Source: Klebsormidium nitens
Lineage: Eukaryota; Plantae; Klebsormidiophyceae
Reading direction: 5' to 3'
Length of the DNA stretch: 40,749 nt
Assembly (NCBI GenBank): GCA_000708835.1
Contig: DF237669.1
Coordinates: 1-40,749 of the forward strand
Under the pieces are notes generated by a model. That model was not told the origin of the DNA. It saw only the letters and a program-made list of their open reading frames with translations, and did no database searches. Position 1 is the stretch's first letter. Each line of letters opens with the position of its first letter. Of this stretch, positions 32,101 through 40,749 are shown one piece after another. The position numbers were made by a program, and so were the translations under genes.

Positions 32101-35100
32101 AGCGAAGGCCACTCCTTTTCATGGGGCACCCAGAAACCTTATTCTGAGATACAAGGTTATTGTGAAACGCAGGGACTCTGTTGACTTCAATCCTAACCAA
32201 GCGAAGACTTCATCGCTCCAGCTACTACGTGTCGTCAACCTTATCAAAGTTTGACAGAGATTGTGTGGAGTATCTCCCGTGACGCTATAGGCTGGTGCGG
32301 GCTGGATCAATGCTCGTCGGGTTTCCGAGTGGTTTTTGTCACGAAGCTGCTCCATTGCAGTGCCTCAAAGATGTTAACACGATTGTGGATTTGTTGAAGC
32401 ATGGAACGCGCGCTTCGAGCTTCTGCCCCCGCGTCGCTTTCCTGGCAGCGGTGGCAAGTCGCACCTCATATCCTGACGGAGTATTCTGGCTTATAGAGCA
32501 CACTCTTGGTTGCCCCCCTTTCTTCAAAGCGCTACTAGCTGCAGTTAAATTAGGTGCGCCCGCGAGACGCGGCCGCCGAACGCCGCTCAAAAATCCGGCG
32601 CGCACTTTTGTCTACAAGGAGAGGACACTTTTATATTTCCGCACATTCTGCGGATTGCACGACCACGTTTCGAGCCTACTTCGATCCCTTTGCCAGGTTC
32701 CAGTTCACTTTCTGGAAGAACGCCAGATCCTCAACGCACTGATCAAGGAGTACACGAAGTCTTCTGAGCACCCTTCACAATTTCAAAGGTCTTCTCTTTT
32801 CCGACAGAGAGTCTTCTGTTTCAGATCGGTCTTGAAATGCATTGAAGGCTAAAAACAAGTGTCCTGATTTTGCAGTGGTCGTTTCTGAGATACTCATCGT
32901 CCACTTTTGCAGAGCACGTTCTTCATCACTTACATCATGGTCGACGGCTGGGCGGGCTCCAGCGCTGAGATCCTGCAACTGATACCGTTGATCTTGTACC
33001 ATCTACGGATGGCGTTGCTCGTGCGGACCGCGGAGGTGAGAAAGTAGAGCACCATAGCGCTTTCTTCCCAAATCGTAAGACGACCATGACCGCTGATCAA
33101 ACCTGATCCTGCGCCCAGTTCCTTGCACACGCAATTTCAAATGTCCATTTGTTGACGCAACGGTCCGTGTCAACGAGAGGAGCTAAGCGAGCACTTCGGC
33201 GCTTCTCTGAGACGGATCCAAGCCCTGTACGTGCGCTCTGTTGCTTACGTTTGGTTTCAGCTTGTTATCCTTGATTCTCTGCAGCGCCCACCAGGCCGAA
33301 CTGATTAGAAAATGACGAGTTCGACCTCGTCATTTGGCGGAAGGATCTGATCCGATTTCTCGGGATCGACTAAAGAGCACGAACTCTACTTCGCAGGACC
33401 GGTTCAAGCCCTCAATATGCGCTCAGTTGTCCTGATGTTCACCTGCATATTCACCTCGGCAGAAGGAACCAAAAGGATCACGGACTTTGCAGATCCTTTT
33501 TAATTTTCAGTTGGCGTAACCAAGAGTGACTAACCGGGCAGAATCCAACTCGCAGGACCGGTTTCAAGCGCTAAACCTGCGCCCGGTTATCTACGAAACC
33601 GTCGTCCCCAGCCTGCTGTTCTACATACTCATTGGGCTGGTCTACTCATGCGTCTCGCCGCTGCTGCTACCGTTTATCTTCATCCATTTCGGATTAGGCT
33701 ACGTGGTCTACCGTAACCAGATCATCAACGTTTACGAGCGGGCGTACGAGAGCAATGGGCGGTACGTCGTTTCAAGCTTCTAAAAGCAGCAGCTACGTTT
33801 TCAGGACAAGTTCTTCTTTGTGACGTCAGTCTGCGTCATCAATATTCGTAATGTATCGGAACGCTTCCGGTTAAGCTCCGTGATTCACCGTGATCAGCTC
33901 GCCAGCTGAAGTACGGAGGGCAGAGCAACGGCTTTCGCTTGCTGTTATGTTGCTGACGCCAATCGTTTCTCTCTGACGTGATCAAGGTCCTACGAAACAT
34001 TCAATGGAACCGGGTTGTGGGCAATGTTTTCTCCTTCTCGGACGCTCTCAAAAAGCAGCTGCAGTCTTCGTTAGTAAGTCCACCTTTTTTCGGTGTTACT
34101 ACAGACTGCTGTTGCTCCCTTTTCAATGGTCCTTCACTCTAAGAGCTTCTAGTTGATTATTACTCCGAGTTCTTAGCTCCTAAAAGCTCACCGCCGTGAA
34201 TTACTGAGCGTCGTTGCTCCTTTCCTTGGTCATCGAAAACTGTCCCACTTTTTTCTCGGAAACTTCTGGCATTACAAATACAGCCGCATCGCGACGTGCC
34301 TCTACGTCATGCTGATCTAAAAGTGGCCCCTTTGACAATTTTTTCCATACACTGACAACCCTCCGATCTTCCACTCCGCAGTTTCTGGCCGTACATCCAC
34401 AGCCGTATCGTGACGTGCCTCTACGTCATGCAAATCACGCTTATCGGCGTGTTCATCCTCAAAGACGCGAAGCAGCAGACGCCGTTCCTTTTCCCGCTCC
34501 CCGTGCTCACGTTCCTCTTCAACCGGTGGTGCAAAGACGCCTTCTTTCCGTCGTTCGCCCGGTACTCGATTGAGGTGAGCTTTGGCCTTTGACGCCGGCT
34601 GACGCCCTTGACGTCAGCCATTTTGTTGGCTGACGTCAGAGGAAAACTCCCAGGACGCCATCCTTACGGGTTTCTGTTGCGATCTTTGTCGTCAACTACT
34701 TTCTACTTTCTTCGGATCCCAGACTGCATAATGGCTCGTGCAAAGTGGTTTCTAAAGTGGACGTCCGAAGGAATCATCTTATGCAGAACTGGTTTCTGAA
34801 GAGGTAGAAAGGAACTGATTTCTTCAAAAGGGTCAAGCAGAGCAACTGGAAGGATCCGTGTGCCGCACGGGTCGATTCTGGTGGGGATTGCAAGATGAAG
34901 AGTTGACCGCTTTCTGATCCGTCGCAAAAAAAGCATACAGGCCAAAAGATAGAACCTTCCTTCAACATTAATAGTCTTCGCTATTGGCCATGCATGTTCA
35001 ATGGCCCGATGCTCGTTCTGGAGTCCCGTTCTCATCGTCTTTGACATTCTTCAATCTGTTTGGCTGATTGTTGCCACGGATAAGCCAATATGACGGCCAG

Positions 35101-35772
35101 TTTTTCCCATCCAGCTTCCAGAACTGTACGTATATTTGTGGCTCCCCTCCTGAAAGCTGCGGACTTCCTTCACAGTCCAACCCACAAACCGATTTGCACG
35201 AATGACTTTGGTCTGCTCTTCTCCTACAGAGTGCAATGACGAAAGACACTCTCGACTGGGCTCGCGCCGACTCCGTCGACCCCATCAGCTTTGTCAAAGA
35301 CGCCTATTTACACCCGGCCTTCAAGGATAAGAAACGCCTCCCCCGGCCAGGCCTCGCCTCCCCTCGCAGTGGGGGAGAGTCGTCGGGGGAAGAAGACGGG
35401 GAAGAGCCCCGGGTGGTTCCTCTTAAAGGAAAGTACAGACAGTCCAATCGGTCGGGTAGAGAATCAGTACAGTCCGGAAGAGAGTCTTTGAACGGGAGAG
35501 AGTCGCAGAACGGAGACCGCTCCGGTCGGGAGTCACTGACCGGGGACCCGTTTCTCGAACCGGGCCAAGGGCGGAGCTCGCAGGACGGGTCCTGCCGGTC
35601 GCCGTCAGACCTTGGGCGGAACGGAACGGAGCGGAGCGGAGCGGAAAGCGGGCGGAAGGAGACGTGGCGGGAGAGTAAGGCGGGTTCCGCGCGAGCGTCC
35701 AAACGGTCGTCGGCAATTGCGCCGCTGCCGCCGGAAGAGGAGGTGGAGGTGCACGAGTTTACTACTGACTAA
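26135..35772 (+). CDS. OSCA: OSCA/CSC1 (ERD4/TMEM63 family) osmo/mechanosensitive Ca2+-permeable channel, 858 aa, 13 exons
   Basis: Exons 26135-26433, 26816-26968, 27482-27692, 28115-28203, 28730-28844, 29492-29641, 30542-30756, 31396-31558, 31906-32022, 32913-33035, 33556-33761, 34382-34574 and 35230-35772, total 2577 nt in frame. Family motifs GLDAVV, TAFVSFKSRWGAAVAAQ, WAPEPRDVFWPNL, FFITYIMVDGWAG and YRNQIINVY. Confidence 0.95.
29829..30617 (+). repeat. Tandem ladder of six copies of the OSCA exon 7 acceptor plus exon start (five echoes and the live exon)
   Basis: The core GCGACG sits at 29878, 29982, 30134, 30285 and 30573, with variant CCCACG at 30424. The period is about 104-152 bp, and most copies are preceded by a TTCCG-like tract. 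Confidence 0.85.
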
Positions 35773-36780
35773 CACACGTACTCATTCCATACGTGAACTG
35801 CGACATTAACGCCAGTAAGCCGCCCGCGGTCGTCATGAGCATAAAATAGTGATAGCGTAGAAATTGCGTGCACGCGAGCGGCCAATTACTGATTTCTACT
35901 GAGCAGTCGAGCGATTTGATTGGACCAGTCGTGTATTGTATGTTGGGATACCTTATTATAAGCGAGCTAGCTTCCTGAAGAACTGCTTTCATCATATGGC
36001 ATGCAGGTCTGCCTCTGCTGCATGGCCCGATAAATTGGCCAATCCACTTTTTCGATAATTGGCACTGGCACGCGTCGTCCGACAGGCTTCTCACTACCTG
36101 AGCGAATGATGTGTTGGCCGTTGCACGCGCCAAAGCTTTGTTTGATTATAAGTTTCGTAAGTCAGTCTATGATCGATCGGATCTGATTGGTCGCAACGCT
36201 AGGTTTCTGGCTCATATGCAATTTGAACCGATCAGGAAACATGTGACTTGAAAGCATGCACAAGCCAACTTCTGGACAGTGCGCTTGCTGACAGATCATG
36301 CGCATTATAAACATAACTATGACCACCGTGGCACTGGCCTGACATGCGCATATGGTAATCTGCACCCATGCATAATCATCATTCTGCCCGAAACCACCGG
36401 TGGTCCATTCAGGCTTGCAGAAGCCTACGTACCGGTCAACACTTTTCAGGTTCTACTTCGATCAAGTTCCAGGTCTTACAGTACGCACCCGACCGCAATG
36501 ATTTAGCAACTTACAGTGGTAGTGCAACGAACTCGGAGTCTGAAGTGAGAAATCGAATCCATAATGCTATCGGCAATTCAGGGTATCCTGAGGATTGACA
36601 CTGATTGCATGTTCCTACACATGCTATTCACAACCAGGCAACAAGTCTATACGAGACTTGTTGTGGAGTCACACACTTTGCCATGCTAACAGCTCGATCT
36701 GTTTGTCGCAACCTCATGCAACCAACTCTACGAATGTACAACTACACGCTGCCAATCGGAGACTTCTAGGTTCCACATAT

Positions 36781-39700
36781 CTACACAACCGCGGTCTTCT
36801 TGCGGCTGAAGTACGACCATCGCGCTGGCTTCTTGGCTTCCTGCTCCGTGACTGGCATGAACCCGAACGTCCAGTGGTGCTTTTCCAGTGAGCTGCTCGA
36901 AGGACCGCCGTCGTCTGCGATCACAAACCCGTGCATTCCGAGGTGATCCAGGTGGCCCCGGTAGCGCAGTCCTTTCCCCTCCCGGCTGCCAGGGGAACGC
37001 CAAGTTCTGGCGGGAGTAAGGCGTAGGTCCACCTTTTCCAGGTATGGGTAGTCGTGTGGACACAACACGTGCTCCTTGGGTTTGGCAGGGACCTGCGGAC
37101 GCATAGGATCTTGATGATGGGCAAGCTTGGTAGCAAAAGGTTCCGGAACGCAGAGCAAGAAGACTGATGCAATGCGCCTGACACGGGAGAAAAATTCCAC
37201 AAATGAATGACCAACACCAGATTTATGTCTTCGCAAAGGTACTCTTTAAGGGCCCGTGAGTGGGGAACTGTGTTATGAATCTAGGAAAACGCGCATATTC
37301 ATCTATCCGCTTCAAAACTTCAGTAAACGTGGCATGCTGATTCCCAAACAAGTGATTTGCAGGCAGATTTGTCAAGTGGCTTTGATCATTTATTGTTGGC
37401 TGGTAGAGAGAAGTTTCAGAGGAAAACACTCCTTGTCAACAGCACAAAGCTATACCGGACCGTTTAGTTTCGTGAAGATCCTTTTACGTAAAGGTCGCCT
37501 GCAAGGCCGCCTCTCGAATCTTTTGGATCCTGTCCAATTGTGCTCAGAGTTGAAGAAAAATGTTGCGGGAGTACAACCTTCTGGCTATGCATCGACTTGA
37601 AATAGCTCTTCACGTTCTTCGACCGATTTTCGCTATCAACGTTGAATTGCTCAGATGTAGACGGTTTGCTCGCTGGGGACTCTGTAACCAAGTTACCTGT
37701 TGAAGGGACCCCTCCAAGGTATACAGCACTTTGTCCTTGCAAAGCGTCAGCGTCCCCGTCAGCGTGAAGCGCTGCCTGCCAATGCACCCGCCCGTCAGGG
37801 CGCACTCCTCGATGAACAACTCTGCCCGCTTCGGCTTCAGGTCCCCCGCAGGGAAAGAGGGCACGGGCACGGACGGAACCTTACGTTTGACGTCGTCGTC
37901 CTCCTCCCTTATCTTTTCTCTCGAGTTCTTTTCCTCAATCTCATATCTTTTTCTCAGTTTCTCTTCCTCAGTCTCCTGTTTCAAGTCCGCGTCCTCCGCA
38001 ACCGGTTCATCCGCCGGTTGGGATGCGACCTCCGGTTCTACTCTAGGCACCGGGTCTGCGTCATCAGGATCTTCCTCAACCTCGCCTCTCTCTTCCTCGT
38101 TTCTCTCTTCGTCGCGTCTCTCTTCCTTGCGTTTCTCGTCTCCCTCTTCCTCGTCTCCCTCTTCCTCGCCTTTCTCTTCCTTGTCCCCATTGTCCTCGTC
38201 TCCGTCTTCCTCGTCGTCCTCGTCCGAAATATCGTCTTCCGAATCCGAGTCGTCCAGCTCGTCCCTGAAGAGAGAACTCATTGCTGCATCACCTATGTTT
38301 CTCTGTAGGGGTGTCCTTTCAGTCCAAATCACTGGTTTGGCGGATAACCTCCTTGCATACAGGTTTTGGTTGAGCTGAAGGTCATTGAACCAACGGGGAA
38401 AACCGCTACAGTTCAAAACGAAGATACAAGGGAATTGATTTGCATTTACGGTTGCGCAACTGATCCTTGGTCACGCGGCTGGTTCTAGCTTTCAGATTGT
38501 TCGCACCGTTTGCAGACATATTTGGTCAAGCGACCAGGAGGCTGTATAAAAATCTATAGAGTAGGACCTAAGGCTGCCCCGGCCGTCCGTCCTAGCCACA
38601 TCTGCACCTCCTCTGCATCTTGTTGGCAAGATACAAGGCCTCAAAACTCTTGGCAGCCCCTATTGTTAAGTGAACAATAAGAATTCCAGAAATTGAACTT
38701 GCAGACTTGCATCCGCAATATCTGGAAAGAGGGAAGACAAGGGTTGAAAGCTTTCCCGGGCAAGGCTACGCAGTCCTTTTAAATCATTTGATCTGACTCG
38801 TCGCCCATTTCGTACGACAGCCGAGAAGTTATGAGATAACATGTGTTCACAAGAGCACTCTATTACTGTAGACTGGCTGGGAGCGAGCAGATTTATGCGC
38901 GCATGCTCCTTATTCCCGTTGGATCTCACCAGCTCCTGTTGAGGTCACAAACTAGGTCCATCTTCAAGTCCTTCTCGCACGTCGTTTTTGGGAGTAGGTA
39001 ACCCAGCCACGAGCCCTTCACGAGCTTCGGATCTATGCGCTTTGCAAGATGGGCACTCTCCGGATCAAGCACCTTAGGAACCGCGGGGAGGATCCATCTC
39101 CTGTGCGACTCGTTGAAGTGGGTTTCCCGTTCTGTGAACGTCCAGTTGTCTGCAAAAGTTTGATCGACTAGGGCTCAATACGAGCAGTAGGAGCACACGT
39201 CAGAATGTGGAAGCTCAGTGAAGGAACACAACCTTAATCGAGATATACTCCCCTTCAAGACTACGATAGCTGGTCAATTAATCATGCGGCCAACAAGGGT
39301 TGCCTCCCAGCATAAACTGGGGAGTTTTGTTCAGAAGTGAGCTACTTCGTGCTTTCATAGGACAAAAAGCGTCTTCCATCTAGCGAAGGCAAGGATCTCA
39401 AGAATCTAGGTTTTGGTCTGGTAGTTTCGAACGCGCGAAATGGAGCTACCATTGGCTCTTCATGAGAGCCATACGAGAAATGATAATTCCTGTTATTCTT
39501 CGAGGCTCGTTCAAGCGGTTGCTTTCTCTTTCTAAGCGTGAACATAGAAGTGCTACCAACCGCGGTCCCCGCTGAAAACGATTCGAGAACGTACTTTCTG
39601 TCGGCCGACAGCTTTTGGACCTTAAGTGGGTTACAGCCGAGGTTAACCTGTCAAGCACATACAGCGATTCAGACAACTCACCGTCAAAGGAGTCCAGGGG

Positions 39701-40727
39701 GATAAAGAAAACCGGAGCTAAGGTCCAGCTTCCGGTCTTGCTGTCGGACCGCCGCCAGAGCCCGTGCATGCCGGTTGAGTCCAAGTGTCCGCTGTAGCTG
39801 TACGAGAGTTTTTTGGGATAGTAAGGGTAACGGCGCTCTATCCGCACCGCTCCAGAGGGTTCGTACAGGCTCCCGTCGCACCTGCCAGCAAAGCCTTTGA
39901 CCTGCAAAGGCGCCAAAGAACGCTCATGTCAAAGCATGAATAACATAATGAGCAAGTTTCTCATTCCTCTAACATTCAGTGCTGCAGCAACTGGAGTGCC
40001 TCTAGCGATGCCTTATTCTCATAATTGGCTCATTTATTTGGAGTGTAAATGTCAGGAAGTCCACGTCATCTAAGGAGTCCATGCGAGGGACGGTGTGGAT
40101 TATGATTTGGTGGTCAGCCTCCAAAATACGAGTTACCTGTAGGTTTTAGCACTGGAGCTTCAAAGCATGTGTAATTTTTGAATGGTCAATTTCGCTCGAG
40201 GGAATTCTCGGATTTTGCAATGATATGCGTTGGCAGCTAAGCTTCAATCAATTGCCGCTCGAACCGCAATGCAAAGGCTTCACACCCATACGAAAGCACA
40301 GAAACCAAGAGCACCCTGCTCGCTTGCTTGTACAATATGCTCGCCCCTCGATTGACAAGGACCTTCGTAGGACGTTTCGAAATGACGTCTGCAGCGTTTG
40401 TCCTGCCTATTTGCTTGTCAAGGCACCATATAATGTGACGCAAAGAAGATATTGTTGCGAGTTTACGAACTCTAACCTCCAAAACGTAGCCGTCGACTTC
40501 GAAAAGGTACCCCAAGCTGTCTTGGCCGACCCCATGAACCGGACACCCGTGGCTTTGACGTTCTTCGGCTCGTCAATGACCTCGAACTCCAACGTTTGGT
40601 TGACCCTCAGCTGCAGGATGCTCGGGCCAGGGTTGAAAGCGCCTTCTTGCAGGGCGCAGTCAAAACCGTACCAGAAGCCCTTTAGGTCTCGCCTTAAGGT
40701 TTGGTCTAGGTATCGCCGCGGGGGGTC
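36781..40727 (-). CDS. Unknown protein, 5' part outside the window; two copies of a GxWxG...YxGHLDxxGMHG domain and an acidic insert
   Basis: Exons 40727-~40467 (donor uncertain), 39901-39682, 39149-38930, 38405-37697 and 37092-36781. Splice sites are GT-AG with matching phases. Confidence 0.65.
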
Positions 40728-40749
40728 CTGTAACAACGAAGAAAGGATG

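Noticed and set aside
30518-35630. (TTCCG)n at the exon 7 acceptor is complementary to (CGGAA)n in exon 13
   Set aside because: Only ~11 bp of microsatellite complementarity 5 kb apart; no evidence for pairing.
37700-38378. Long plus-strand ORFs 37700-38308 and 37731-38378
   Set aside because: Antisense shadows of the D/E-rich minus-strand exon.
39342-39545. Intronic ORF with YHFSYGSH resembling the upstream exon's LSYSYSGH
   Set aside because: Too weak to call an echo without alignment statistics.

Overview
Eukaryotic, intron-rich DNA, probably a streptophyte green alga such as Klebsormidium (inference from plant-type Ran, RSZ and OSCA genes and intron style). Contents in order: the 3' part of a decayed non-LTR retrotransposon (RT, partial RNase H, in-frame OTU cysteine protease domain, poly(A)); an unknown minus-strand gene behind an array of MSA-like (AACGG) motifs; about 7 kb of decayed coding-like DNA; a 7-exon Ran GTPase gene with one GC-AG intron; a minus-strand RSZ-type SR splicing factor with two alternative RS tails; a 13-exon OSCA/CSC1 mechanosensitive channel gene; and the 3' part of an unknown minus-strand gene with a duplicated domain. 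No rRNA, tRNA or CRISPR was seen. The most striking signal is 'exon echoes': many introns, especially in OSCA, contain serial decayed copies of the neighbouring splice site plus exon end. Copies of exon starts lie upstream and copies of exon ends lie downstream, with up to five copies at one boundary. Several keep an intact AG or GT and would give truncated products. Exon models and alignments were done by hand and need RNA-seq confirmation.
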